From contig JBBTRH010000005.1 of assembly GCA_038065275.1 (NCBI GenBank), forward strand, positions 103,195-167,194: DNA of 64,000 bases. The letters are read 5' to 3'. This DNA comes from Patescibacteria group bacterium (GTDB lineage: Bacteria > Patescibacteriota > Patescibacteriia > SBBC01 > CAIJZX01). Below, in pieces: positions 44,278 through 54,847 of the stretch. The notes beneath the pieces were generated by a model that did no database searches, was not told where the DNA came from, and saw only the letters and a list, made by a program, of their open reading frames with translations. Each line of letters starts with the position of its first letter. The first letter of the stretch is position 1. Made by a program: the position numbers and the translations under genes.

Positions 44278-47200
44278 TTACTGTTGAACGATAACTTTCA
44301 GGCCGGTGTCAACCCACTGTTTGGGGTCGTAGCGGTTATTGCCGAGGATATCGGTATCGTGACAGGCCGTATCGTTGCCGCTCAAATTGTCCGTCGCGTC
44401 GTTACACCAGCCCCAGCCGTCCTTAACCTGGATTTTGATGGCGAACTGGCAGGAGGTGCGGCCGTTGGTTGTGGCGCAGTTCTTGGTGTCGCCGCGGTTG
44501 ACGGCGTAAACATGGGAGAAGATGTGCGGCTTGGCCGGGTCATTGCGCGGCGCGAAGGGGTAGGCGAAGTCGTCCTGGCCGTCGCCCCAGTCGATGCGGA
44601 TCTTGCTCAGCGGCACCTGTTCCGGATCGGCGTTGGTGTTGAACTTGAGGCCGACGCTGCCGCCGCCGCCGACGATGGTGGCGGTTGTCGCCGACCCGGT
44701 CACGAACTTGACGTTGGTCACCGCGGGCGGAATGGCGCAGTAGTCGGCTTGACTGCCGGCCGCGTAGGGCGGACGGAGGTATTTCGCCTGCGGGGCGGCG
44801 GTCGGCTTGGCGGCGTTGGTGTACGTCGTATCCGATGTGCACCGACCGGTACAAGTGTATTTTCCATTGGTCGGTCCACCAGCATACGAACATGGGTTTT
44901 CCAACTTAAAGGTCGTGTACGGTACGATTGTTCCGGACAGGCCAGGGCAGTCTTCGGGATGGTTACCGTTACACGCGGTTTGGGTAGCGATATCACACCT
45001 ACCGGTGGTGTTACCGGTCGGTTGGCAATCAGTAACGGTCGTACAGGCTATACCGATGCGATTATTCGTCGTCGACGTATCGGAACACACTTTAACGGCA
45101 ATCGCATTGCACAGGGCGGTGGTGTTTACGGGTGGCCCGGATGGCCGGCAATCCGCATCGGTGGCGCATGTTTTTCCGATTCTAGAATTTGTAACTGTAT
45201 CTGAACACGCTTTCGGTACCGGCATCGTGATCGCCGTATTTGGGGCAATCGGAATGGTACCGGCGTAGGTTATCCCGCATCGTGTCAGGGCGTCCCTCAT
45301 GGCCGCCTGACGCAACTCCGCGTTATCGACTCCGGGAACAGGCGAGACCCCCGAAACTTGAGTTGAAGCCGAACACGTTTGCGGCACCGCTGAACAGGCG
45401 TTGGGGTCGGTGTAGGCCGGATTGGCCGGGCAGATCACGGCCGGCGGTTTCCAGCCGACGAAGGCCGCCGCGTCGGGATCTTCCGAATTGGGAACCAGCG
45501 TGTACTTCCCGCCGGAATAATTCCAAATACCATGCGACTGGGCGAACAGCCGCTTGATCCGCTCTTGCGCGAAATATGAATCACCGGTCGAGAGGGTCGA
45601 GCTGAAAAGTTGCGGCCCCTTTCCCGAGGCGGCATTGCTGGTGACGCCAGCACACTCGCCAGGGTCGGGCAAACCGTTCGTCTCGTGCTTCTGGCAGTTC
45701 TGAACAAGTTGCGGCGTTGAACAATTATTGCCCGGGTCGACCGTACAGACCATCTTGTCGCACGGCCCGTTGCAGGCGTACGGCGCGCCGCCGCGCGACT
45801 GGCCCGGCGCGGAGCGATTCACATAGTTAGGCTGTTCGACCGGGAGCAACGGCCAATCGGACGGATTATCCGAAATCTGCGGTTGAAGCGCCCCGCCGTA
45901 CGGAGTCAGGTCGGTTTTGAGGGAGTAGTCAAGGTCGGGTACTTTGTAAGTCGACGAATTAATGCGGCCGGCGAAGGAACTGTTTTGACCGGACGAGTTG
46001 ACGACTTGGACAAGTTTACTGCATTTTTCTTTCATGAAGAACCTGGCTTTGTACCATAGACCTCCGGCTCCAGACGTACCGTCATCGAAAGCGGCGTGAA
46101 TATACTTCAGGAATCCAGTAGTTGAATCAAATTCAAATCGTACCGCCAACCAGTCTGCAGGATTGCCCCCTTCAATACATATCGACCATGGTTGGTCACT
46201 GTAATACCCTCCGCATCCGCCATTAGCCGCTGTGCTCTGGGCTATCTTAACTGTTCCCGGCCAGCTGTTGCCACCGATCTGGTCCTGGAAATTCAACTCA
46301 ACGAAGTAAAGGTCCTGGACATTCACCTGGGTGTCGCTACCTAAAGGTGGGTAGGCATTACCCAATGCCGCACCGGTTGATTTCACGCAAATCCCTTTCG
46401 TTGATCCTGGGTTGCCGCATGTTGAACCACCCGAGAGCTGGCTCACGATCGGAGAACAAACACAACTAAAATTGCTATTACACTCTCCCAGGTCACTATC
46501 ACCACAAATCTTGGCTTGAATATTTGTAGCCATCTCCTGATAATAACCACTTGAATAACCGCTATTCACGGGGTAGCCAGCCGCCTCCGCGCACAAGAAC
46601 AACGGCGCGCGGTCTTGGTAGCCGGCCGTTTTTTCCGAGCCGAAGATTGAGCTTTCGCCTTTGATGATGTCCACCGGCCACCAGGATAGGCAAGTGCCGG
46701 TTTGCGAATCGCGTTCCAGGCAGTAGCCTTTCCAGCCTTTGTAGACGATGCCGTTCGGATCGGCGTAGTCGCAAGACGGCGAGTCGTTCTTCGGATACAA
46801 GCGGCAGGAGGGGGTGATGTAGTTGGGGTTGGTGTTGACCTGCAGGATCGGCTTGATGATCACGTCGTCAACCTGGAACTTGATGCCGCAGGAGGCTTTG
46901 TCGGCGCAGACGAAAGCCAGCCGGGTGGCGCCGCTCATACCTTTAATCGGCCCGATCGTCACCCGTTGCCAGGCGGACGTCGTCGGCACGTCAACGTAGG
47001 AATTGGTGGTGACGCTCTTAGTACTCGAACAGGTGCCCGGCGCGACGCACTCGCTGTCGGCTGAGCAGGCGCGGTTGAGGTCGTTACTGCAGACCTGGAC
47101 CTTGTCGTTGACGGAGAACTTCGTGTAGCCGCCGTGTCCGAACTGCATCCGCACGACCGGATTGCCGCCGTCGGCTTTGATCCGCGCTTCGGCGTAGTAG

Positions 47201-48969
47201 TATTCCGACGGCGCGGCGGTGAAGACGTTCGAAGCGGCGCCGGAGAATGGCGCGTCGATATTCTGATTGGTGCACGTTCCCGCCGGCGCCGGTGTAGCGC
47301 AATCAGTCGCTTGGGTAGCAACGGTACAGACCTTCGCTGAGCTGTTTGAACAGCGCAGGTCTTGAAATTGCGTAATCGGCTCGACGACGAGGACGTGGTT
47401 CGGGCCGCTGTCCCGATCTTCAAAATCAACGCGGATGGCCTCGGGCGGGGTAACGCCGGCCGGCACGGCGGACCACGGATCGACTTCCGGCGCGCGGTAT
47501 TCGAAGTCGCCGTTCTTGATCTGCGTCTCGCCGCCGATTTGGCGCATCAACTGCCACGGCAACTGCCCCTGGATGACGTTCGCCCCGCCCTGCTGACCCC
47601 AGTCCAGGCCGGCCGCCACGTGGCCGGACAGGTCGGCCACCTTGGCCACGTCGGCCGGCGTCCGGTAGGTCAGGGTTTGGAGGGCCTTGGTCGGGGCGCT
47701 CGGGTCGGGATTGTTGCAGGAGCCGCCGCCCTGGCAGTCGGTATCGGCACTGCAAAAGCGCAACGGATCGTTATTGCACTGCCCCTGGGGGAGATAGCGG
47801 TTGCACTGCCCCTTGGTGTTCAGGCTGTTGCAGGCGCCGAGGTTCAAGCACAGGTTCTCGCCGGGGCCGCTAGCCGAAGCGTCGGTTTGGATGCTGGTGG
47901 CGCAGGTCAGCCACAGGTTACAGCCGCGGTCGTTGCGGACTTTGAGGATGGTGTTGGCGTTGCACCGCGGCCAGGACGAGGAGCACCGGGCCGCGGCCGG
48001 GGAGATGAAATTTCCTTTGCTGTCGTAACAGGACGATTCGTTGCACTGGGTCGGCGCGTCGTTGAGCGGCGTGTCAATCGAGCACTCCCCGCTCGTCGCG
48101 CCGGAGCGGCACGTCTCTCCAGCCTGACAGGTATAGCCGCACTGGGTACAGTCCTTAATCAGTTGGCCGGCGGACGAACAGTATTGCGTCCCCAGACAAC
48201 TGCCGATATCGACCGTGGTGCCGCCGCTCGAACAGGAGCCGGTGGCAAAGACGTGGTCAGACGAGCTTAAACTGGTGGTCAAGGTCAGGTCGCCGGTGGT
48301 GAAGGTGGCGTTATTCGCGCCGGTCGCCATCAGGCGGTAGTGGTACTTAGTATCCCGATTGAACGGCGTTTGGGTGGCGGTCGGAATGCGTAGCGAACGG
48401 AAGGCGTCGCTGGCCGTCGCTTCGGACGCGCCGGCGGCGTAGTCGGTGAAGTTGAGCTGGCCGGCCGCGTCCCAGCGAACCTCGACCGTGGCCGGTTTGG
48501 TGGTCGCGAAGTAGACGGAGCAGTACCGGTCGACGCAGTCGGTGCGGATGCGTTCGATGATCAGCAAACCCGAATCGCCGCTGGCGGTGGTAAAGGTCCG
48601 GTCGGCGCTGGCGGTCAGCATCTCGTTGCCGGCGGCGGGGAAAATCTGAATGGAAAAGTGGTAGGTGGTGCCGGGGTTGAGGCCGGAGACGGTGACGCTG
48701 TCGTTGCCGGCCGGATCAGCCAGCGATTTCTTCGGCACCAGCCGGCCGTAGGCGGTCGTCGGCCCGTAGGCGACCTGATAGCGCAAGCCGCCGGTGGCGG
48801 AACTGGTGTAGCTGAAGGACAGAGTGGCGTTGGTGGCCGAGGTAATGACGATATTGACGGCGGTAATGGTGGCGCTGGCCGACGTCTGGGCCAGCGAGGA
48901 GCGGCCCAATACCAGCACCGCGGCCAGCAGGCCGAAAATGACGGTCAACGATGTCAGGCGGGCGCGCAT
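44278..48969 (-). CDS. Giant secreted Cys-rich protein (FN3, CBM-like, PKD-like)
   Basis: Signal peptide, GLNPGTTYHF, NGDFE, many C-x-C modules, IDWGDG. Confidence 0.8.
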   Translation of the reverse strand: MRARLTSLTVIFGLLAAVLVLGRSSLAQTSASATITAVNIVITSATNATLSFSYTSSATGGLRYQVAYGPTTAYGRLVPKKSLADPAGNDSVTVSGLNPGTTYHFSIQIFPAAGNEMLTASADRTFTTASGDSGLLIIERIRTDCVDRYCSVYFATTKPATVEVRWDAAGQLNFTDYAAGASEATASDAFRSLRIPTATQTPFNRDTKYHYRLMATGANNATFTTGDLTLTTSLSSSDHVFATGSCSSGGTTVDIGSCLGTQYCSSAGQLIKDCTQCGYTCQAGETCRSGATSGECSIDTPLNDAPTQCNESSCYDSKGNFISPAAARCSSSWPRCNANTILKVRNDRGCNLWLTCATSIQTDASASGPGENLCLNLGACNSLNTKGQCNRYLPQGQCNNDPLRFCSADTDCQGGGSCNNPDPSAPTKALQTLTYRTPADVAKVADLSGHVAAGLDWGQQGGANVIQGQLPWQLMRQIGGETQIKNGDFEYRAPEVDPWSAVPAGVTPPEAIRVDFEDRDSGPNHVLVVEPITQFQDLRCSNSSAKVCTVATQATDCATPAPAGTCTNQNIDAPFSGAASNVFTAAPSEYYYAEARIKADGGNPVVRMQFGHGGYTKFSVNDKVQVCSNDLNRACSADSECVAPGTCSSTKSVTTNSYVDVPTTSAWQRVTIGPIKGMSGATRLAFVCADKASCGIKFQVDDVIIKPILQVNTNPNYITPSCRLYPKNDSPSCDYADPNGIVYKGWKGYCLERDSQTGTCLSWWPVDIIKGESSIFGSEKTAGYQDRAPLFLCAEAAGYPVNSGYSSGYYQEMATNIQAKICGDSDLGECNSNFSCVCSPIVSQLSGGSTCGNPGSTKGICVKSTGAALGNAYPPLGSDTQVNVQDLYFVELNFQDQIGGNSWPGTVKIAQSTAANGGCGGYYSDQPWSICIEGGNPADWLAVRFEFDSTTGFLKYIHAAFDDGTSGAGGLWYKARFFMKEKCSKLVQVVNSSGQNSSFAGRINSSTYKVPDLDYSLKTDLTPYGGALQPQISDNPSDWPLLPVEQPNYVNRSAPGQSRGGAPYACNGPCDKMVCTVDPGNNCSTPQLVQNCQKHETNGLPDPGECAGVTSNAASGKGPQLFSSTLSTGDSYFAQERIKRLFAQSHGIWNYSGGKYTLVPNSEDPDAAAFVGWKPPAVICPANPAYTDPNACSAVPQTCSASTQVSGVSPVPGVDNAELRQAAMRDALTRCGITYAGTIPIAPNTAITMPVPKACSDTVTNSRIGKTCATDADCRPSGPPVNTTALCNAIAVKVCSDTSTTNNRIGIACTTVTDCQPTGNTTGRCDIATQTACNGNHPEDCPGLSGTIVPYTTFKLENPCSYAGGPTNGKYTCTGRCTSDTTYTNAAKPTAAPQAKYLRPPYAAGSQADYCAIPPAVTNVKFVTGSATTATIVGGGGSVGLKFNTNADPEQVPLSKIRIDWGDGQDDFAYPFAPRNDPAKPHIFSHVYAVNRGDTKNCATTNGRTSCQFAIKIQVKDGWGWCNDATDNLSGNDTACHDTDILGNNRYDPKQWVDTGLKVIVQQ

Positions 48970-48973
48970 GGGA

Positions 48974-51148
48974 TCAGTTGGTGCAAAGATTGGAAATATT
49001 ACAGCTGGTGATGCGGTAGTGATAGAGCTTGTCGGGCTGGAGGTTCGTCAGGGTGACGCGGTGATCGGTGTAATTTGCGCCGGCATCCGTCGGGTTGGCG
49101 TCATCATACCGCTCGCCGAGCGAGTAGGTACAGGGCACCGACGTCCCGTCGGGACGGGTTTTTTGCTGGCTGCAATCGGTGGTCAGGCCGTATTCGACTT
49201 CGCTGGTCGAGGCTTCGTCGGTCTGCCAGTGAATCGTCGCTTGGCAGGTGCCGCCCGGACCGGTGCAGGAGATATTGATGGCTTCGGGTTCGCAAATGGT
49301 CTGCCCGGGGAGACACTGGACTTGCGGCGGCGAGGTGTCGTTGTTGACGGTCACCGTCACGCTGGTCCACGGCGAGGTAGTGGCTGGGCCGGCCGTCGAA
49401 ACCGCCTGGGCGGAGAGGACATAGTCGCCGTTCGGGACTGACCCGCTCATGGTGTTCCACTGGTAGGAGAACGGGCACGATGAAGCGGCGGAAGGTCCAC
49501 CGCCGGTACAGCTTTGCGAGAGCGGCGGACGATTCGCGGTGGTGCCGCAACTGTTGGCGTCGGTGCAGGTGCGGGACTGACTATTGTTCGTACAGGCCGA
49601 CCATGCGCTACACGACCAGTTTTCGGTGCATGACGAGGTACAGGTTTGGGTGAGCGCCGGTCGATTCGTCGTCGTGCCACAGCTATTCGCGTCAGTACAC
49701 GTCCGACTTTGGGAATTATTGACGCAGGTCGACCAGTTGCCGCACGACCAGTTCTCCGTACAACCCGGAATGGCGGCCAAGGAAGCGCCGACATCCGAGC
49801 CGCCGCTCCCGGCGCCCCGCGCCGGCGAGCCGGATTGCAGGGTGAAATCTCCGGCTCCGGCGTTAACGAACAAGGGGTCGGCTTCACGGGAATTTGCGTC
49901 ACTGCCGGTAGTCGAGCGCCAAGCTGATAGGCTTCCGCCTTGGTTGCCGAAAGAAACCGCGCCGGCGCGATTGTGGAAAAGGTTGTAGTCGCCGCTGTAC
50001 CGGTTATTAGCCCAGCCGTCGTAGGAAAAAACAGCGGAGCCGCTGTAATCGAAAATGTTGTTCGTCCACGTGTCAGCCGGCGGACCGTCGCGGTAGGACA
50101 TGGTTTGTATCCCTTGATTTGACCCCCGCACAACGAAGGTGTTGTGATCAAAGGTATTGCCGAAACCGCCGACAATTGATCCGGCCGTTTGGCCCCAAAA
50201 GATGTTGTTAGAAAAAGTGTTATTGCCGCCGATGGCTTGAAAATAGGTCGCGCCGGCCGCGTCGGATCGGAAGGTGTTGCGGATAAAAGCGTTGTTGGCG
50301 GGAAACGTTTTGTCGACGTTCCCGGAAGCAATCCGGATCGCTTCCTGACTGTTCGTCCAGAAGGTGTTGTTTTCATAACGACCGTTGTCGGATTCGTCCC
50401 GCATATACAGCCCGATCGTGGTGCCGGTGGAGCGAATCGAATTACCAGTAAAAACGGTGTGCGTGGCGCAACGGATGCGAACCGAGGCGGTCGCTTCCGG
50501 CGGCGGGTCGTTGCGAGTGTTCAGGATGGTATTATTCGTCACCTGAGCGTCCAGGCGCGGGCAGGGGTGGACGTTGTCGCCCCAAATCTCCAACAATATT
50601 TTTACATTGGTCGACCCGCCGGTAATGGTGTTATTGGTCACGATCGGACGCAACGGGTGCCAGCCGATGGTATCGCTGTCATTGACCTGAATGCCGCCGG
50701 CCCCGACTGTGTTATTTTGAATGACCGCGTCGTCGCTCCCGAGGATGTAGATGCCGTTGACCGTCAAATTCTGGAAAGTGACGTGATTGACGGTGTTCCC
50801 ATACGTTCGCACGCTGGAACTTGACGTAAAATTACTAACCGTCACATTGCTTGGCGCGCCGGACCCGTAATCGACCACTTCGAGCGCGTCACCACCCGTC
50901 GTGGTAATCGTTTTTCCGTTGCCGTCGAACGTCAGATTGGTGACGTTCCCGCGAATGGAAAAACACGTACTACTACTGCTGACGTCATTGGCTAACCGAT
51001 AGTTCCCGTTATTGGTAATATTTTGACAGCCGGTCAGTGAGATGACGGTTTGCGCCGAGCTCCGGGTGACAAAGAAACCAGCCACGGCCACGCCGGCCAA
51101 GATCAGGAATAGGCGCGGTTGAAAGAATGACTGATGGCTGGTATTCAT
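48974..51148 (-). CDS. Secreted right-handed beta-helix protein with CTENWSC repeats and an Ig/FN3 C-terminus
   Basis: NN/NNT repeats, ADPLFV...DFTLQSGSPA, two CTENWSC..WS.C repeats, NLQPDKLYHYRI. Confidence 0.8.
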   Translation of the reverse strand: MNTSHQSFFQPRLFLILAGVAVAGFFVTRSSAQTVISLTGCQNITNNGNYRLANDVSSSSTCFSIRGNVTNLTFDGNGKTITTTGGDALEVVDYGSGAPSNVTVSNFTSSSSVRTYGNTVNHVTFQNLTVNGIYILGSDDAVIQNNTVGAGGIQVNDSDTIGWHPLRPIVTNNTITGGSTNVKILLEIWGDNVHPCPRLDAQVTNNTILNTRNDPPPEATASVRIRCATHTVFTGNSIRSTGTTIGLYMRDESDNGRYENNTFWTNSQEAIRIASGNVDKTFPANNAFIRNTFRSDAAGATYFQAIGGNNTFSNNIFWGQTAGSIVGGFGNTFDHNTFVVRGSNQGIQTMSYRDGPPADTWTNNIFDYSGSAVFSYDGWANNRYSGDYNLFHNRAGAVSFGNQGGSLSAWRSTTGSDANSREADPLFVNAGAGDFTLQSGSPARGAGSGGSDVGASLAAIPGCTENWSCGNWSTCVNNSQSRTCTDANSCGTTTNRPALTQTCTSSCTENWSCSAWSACTNNSQSRTCTDANSCGTTANRPPLSQSCTGGGPSAASSCPFSYQWNTMSGSVPNGDYVLSAQAVSTAGPATTSPWTSVTVTVNNDTSPPQVQCLPGQTICEPEAINISCTGPGGTCQATIHWQTDEASTSEVEYGLTTDCSQQKTRPDGTSVPCTYSLGERYDDANPTDAGANYTDHRVTLTNLQPDKLYHYRITSCNISNLCTN

Positions 51149-54100
51149 TGGCAGGTGAATTGCGTATCGAGCAGCGGCATTGACGCGCCCGGGGCGGTAA
51201 TTTTGAAGTTGATTCGGCTCATCGGATTATTGTCCGCTCCGACGCCGGTGACGGTCACCGTGCCCCGGACTTCGGTGCCGCCGGCCGGCTGGGTGATGGA
51301 AATAGTCGGCGGGGTGTTGTCCGGCGCGGCCGAGGTGGTGAAGCGCAACGGTCCGCCGGCATCGGTTTTCAGAGTTGAAACGTTGCCGGTTGGGTAGGCC
51401 TGGTCTCGCGAGGTCAGGCCGTAGTAATAGGTAGTCAGCGGATTTAGGCCGGTGTAGGTAATGACGTGACAACCGGCGGTGCAATTGGCCGCGTCGTACC
51501 TGGTGCCGACGATGTTGGCGTCGTTTTGCGTCGCGTCGGGGTAGATGGTAATGCGCGAATCGGCCAGCTCATTGGTCTGCCAGGAAATCGTCACCTGATC
51601 GAAGCTGACGCTGGCCGTCGGGTTGGTAATCGTCGGCGGAATAATGTCGGGCATGACGCTGAGCGCGGCCGTGGTTTGTTTTTGGATGACGTCCGGCAGG
51701 GTGCCCGACGTGCCGGTCAGGGTCAGGGTAAAATTGCACGGTCCGGGCGGCGCACATTGGACCGGACTGCCGGCCGTCGCGTTGATCGTCACGCCGGTTC
51801 CGCCGCCGCCGGCCGGCACGAAATCATTGGGGCTGATGACGGCGGTGATGTTCGGGTCGGTTGACGTCAGGGCGAGGTGGACGGCGCCGGTAAAGCCGCT
51901 CAAGGCGGTGACGGCGGCGTTGAAGAACGCCGGCACTCCGGAACCCGCCACGACCGACCCGGCGGCGCTCCCGAGGGTCAGATCGAAGTCCGGCGGCGGC
52001 GTGGCCGTCAAGTAAACGGTCACGGAGTGCGTCAGCGTGCCGTCGTTAGCGGTCACGATAATCGGCGTATCCGTCGCCACGGTGACGGTCGTCGCCAGCG
52101 TCAAAATCGAGGTGGCGGTGCCGCCGCCGCTGGGGTTGCCGCTGAGGGGGGTGGAGGCGGCGGTCACGCCGGCCGGCAAGGCGCCGGTGGTCCAGCTCAG
52201 GCCGGGCGGTGAATTGTAGACGTAGGTCGACGAACCGGCGACATTCAGCGTAAAGCTGGCGCTTTGCCCGGCCACCACGGTCCGGCTGACCGGGACCGCG
52301 GACAGCGTGAAGTCCGGCGTGGCGGTCAGCGACAAGGTGACTTGCGCGGTCTTGGTGATGCCGCCGGAAGTTCCGGTCACGGTCAGGGTGTACGGTCCGC
52401 CGCCGGCGCCGGGGGTTGAAGTGACGATCAGCACCGAGTAGTCGGCGGTGACGCCGGCCGTCAAGGCGACGCCCGGCGACGACATCAAGGCGGTCAAACC
52501 GGTCGGCGGGCTGGTCGGCGTCAACCCCACCGTTCCGATGAAACCGTTCACCGCCGCCACCTTGATCGTGAAGAGCGCCGTCGTGCCGGCCGCGACCGTT
52601 CGGCTGGCCGGCGGGACGGGGGTTAGGTCGAAGGTCGGGACGTTGTAGGTGACGTTGGTGCTGGCCGAGCCTTCGTTGCCGGCCCGATCGGTCGCAAACG
52701 CCACCAGCGTGTTCAAGCTCGGGTTAAGCGCCAGCCCGCTGGCGGACCAACTGACGGCGGCGCTCGGAACGATGGAGACGTTCGAACGCGGCCCGCCGTT
52801 GACCGAGATTTCAATCTTCGACACTTGATCATTATCGTTCGCCGCGCCGTTAGCCGTCACGGTTGGCGTGGTCACGGTCGCCGGAGCGCTGATCGTCACC
52901 GTCGGTACGGTGTTGTCGAAAATAAACGCCGCCGTGGCGGGAGTCGAATTATTCGTGCCGTCGTTGGCTATGGCGGTGATCACATGATTCACCGCTCCGG
53001 TCAGCTGGGCGCAGGGCAACGACACTGACCACGAGGTCGTGCCGATCGCCGTCACCGGCGGGTTGCCGTCCAGCGTCACGGTCACGTTCTGGACCGCGCC
53101 GGGCGCCGTGTCAGACGCGGTGCCGGTAATCGTCAGCGGACAGGTTTTGTTGAACGGCGGGATGGGGTTGATGGCGATGGTGGGGGGGATGGCGTCGAGC
53201 GCGGGGGTGGTGAAGGAACCGCCAAAGGCACCTGAGCCGACGCTGGAGCCGAAAGATTCAGCGGCGTAGTAATATGTTGTATTTGCCATCAGGTTACTGA
53301 TAACCGGACTATGGCTGTAGGATGCGCTTCCGCCAGACCACGCTATTGCGCTGGAGGTCGGCATAGCGTATTTTGCGATACCTGTATTAAGACCGGTTGC
53401 TATCAGCTCATTTCCACGAACAACAGTAATACCAATGATACCTCCAGGAAGCAAGACTCCAGGATTACTATCAAACACCGCCGAGGGAATGGCTGTAGCT
53501 TTATAGTGTAGTATCGAACCCTCTGTTGCTGCCCAAAATTCATTAGCAGCCACCATGTGTATTTTTTCGATACGAACTGCGCCGGTGTTAACAAACACCG
53601 GTGCATTCCAAGTTGCTCCGTTATCTGGCGTAGTTATTTTATAGAGAAGACCGCTCGTAGAAAGGCCACCTATCCAAATGGTTTGACCATCGAAAGTGGC
53701 CACCGTAGAGAAGCTGTCTGAGATTGAAGTGATAACCGGCGTCCAGGTACACGCGCCTGGGTTCAGTATGTTCTCGCAGTGAATAATCGTTCCATTTCTT
53801 CCCACCGCCCAAACATCGCGGTTGCCAGATACCGTCATGGCATTCAACGACGTTGCACCGCTGTAGACTTGGTTCCAAGTCGTTCCGTTGTAATAATAGA
53901 TATACGATCCAACGCCATTATTCGGGGTTACCGAGACGACTGCCGTTGTCGACGAGGTAGCCACTATTGAAAAAACATTGTAATTCGAGGGTGACGGAGC
54001 AATAAATGGAAGCGGTACTGGCATCCAGGTTTGTCCGCCATTCGTTGACTGTAAAACAGTGTTGTTCTGTCCGGCTGCCCAAACAATTGAATCATTATAC

Positions 54101-54843
54101 GCTGAAATCGAATAAATGTAGGAGGTCGTCCCTGAGTTTTGCGCTCCCCAAACACCGGCGGGGTTGCGGTGAACGATATAGCCTTGCGTGCCACCTGCCC
54201 ACACATGCCCAGAACTCGTTGACTCGACGGATCCCAAGTGATAGCCGGAAACGAAAGGATTTGTTTCCATGGTCCAACTCGGAGGATTTGGCCCGTAGAT
54301 CACTGTTGAATCCCCCGGAAACGGCGTCGTCCAGCTTATGTTCCGTTTACAAGTAGTGGTGCATCCCGCATCGGCATCCGATGGGGTGAATTGAGGAGCC
54401 GGCCAGGTGGTGACCGGACCGACATTGACGTTATCGTACTGCGCGCCGCTCACCGCTTCGATAAAAATGTTCTGGTACGTCCGGCTGCTACGTAAGCCGG
54501 CGTAGGTTACGTTGCAGGGAGAAGATTCGCAGATACCCTGCGACAGATTCTTCCACATGGTCGGGTCGGAGAACTGGGAACCGACGCACTGCGTCGAGTT
54601 GCCGAGACAGGCATACACCTCGTAGCCCACGGCGCGGGCGGCATAGACATCGACGGTGAAACCGTCGGCCGTCGGCCGGAGATTGTCATAGCCGACAGTC
54701 AAGTCAGGACAGTTGTTGGGATAACATGGCGGGATTTCGGCTCGGACGCGTTCGGATCGGCTGAACACGAGCGTCGCCACGACCAGCGCTCCCAGCAACA
54801 GCGTGGTTTTCATCAGGTGCGAATGAGAAGACGATCGATTCAT
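51145..54843 (-). CDS. Secreted Ig/FN3-repeat protein with inserted beta-propeller
   Basis: Signal peptide, WAAG/WAVG blades, GTASD/DRAGN Ig domains, PDF.L repeats; ends in a half Ig domain. Confidence 0.8.
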   Translation of the reverse strand: MNRSSSHSHLMKTTLLLGALVVATLVFSRSERVRAEIPPCYPNNCPDLTVGYDNLRPTADGFTVDVYAARAVGYEVYACLGNSTQCVGSQFSDPTMWKNLSQGICESSPCNVTYAGLRSSRTYQNIFIEAVSGAQYDNVNVGPVTTWPAPQFTPSDADAGCTTTCKRNISWTTPFPGDSTVIYGPNPPSWTMETNPFVSGYHLGSVESTSSGHVWAGGTQGYIVHRNPAGVWGAQNSGTTSYIYSISAYNDSIVWAAGQNNTVLQSTNGGQTWMPVPLPFIAPSPSNYNVFSIVATSSTTAVVSVTPNNGVGSYIYYYNGTTWNQVYSGATSLNAMTVSGNRDVWAVGRNGTIIHCENILNPGACTWTPVITSISDSFSTVATFDGQTIWIGGLSTSGLLYKITTPDNGATWNAPVFVNTGAVRIEKIHMVAANEFWAATEGSILHYKATAIPSAVFDSNPGVLLPGGIIGITVVRGNELIATGLNTGIAKYAMPTSSAIAWSGGSASYSHSPVISNLMANTTYYYAAESFGSSVGSGAFGGSFTTPALDAIPPTIAINPIPPFNKTCPLTITGTASDTAPGAVQNVTVTLDGNPPVTAIGTTSWSVSLPCAQLTGAVNHVITAIANDGTNNSTPATAAFIFDNTVPTVTISAPATVTTPTVTANGAANDNDQVSKIEISVNGGPRSNVSIVPSAAVSWSASGLALNPSLNTLVAFATDRAGNEGSASTNVTYNVPTFDLTPVPPASRTVAAGTTALFTIKVAAVNGFIGTVGLTPTSPPTGLTALMSSPGVALTAGVTADYSVLIVTSTPGAGGGPYTLTVTGTSGGITKTAQVTLSLTATPDFTLSAVPVSRTVVAGQSASFTLNVAGSSTYVYNSPPGLSWTTGALPAGVTAASTPLSGNPSGGGTATSILTLATTVTVATDTPIIVTANDGTLTHSVTVYLTATPPPDFDLTLGSAAGSVVAGSGVPAFFNAAVTALSGFTGAVHLALTSTDPNITAVISPNDFVPAGGGGTGVTINATAGSPVQCAPPGPCNFTLTLTGTSGTLPDVIQKQTTAALSVMPDIIPPTITNPTASVSFDQVTISWQTNELADSRITIYPDATQNDANIVGTRYDAANCTAGCHVITYTGLNPLTTYYYGLTSRDQAYPTGNVSTLKTDAGGPLRFTTSAAPDNTPPTISITQPAGGTEVRGTVTVTGVGADNNPMSRINFKITAPGASMPLLDTQFTCQ

Positions 54844-54847
54844 AACA

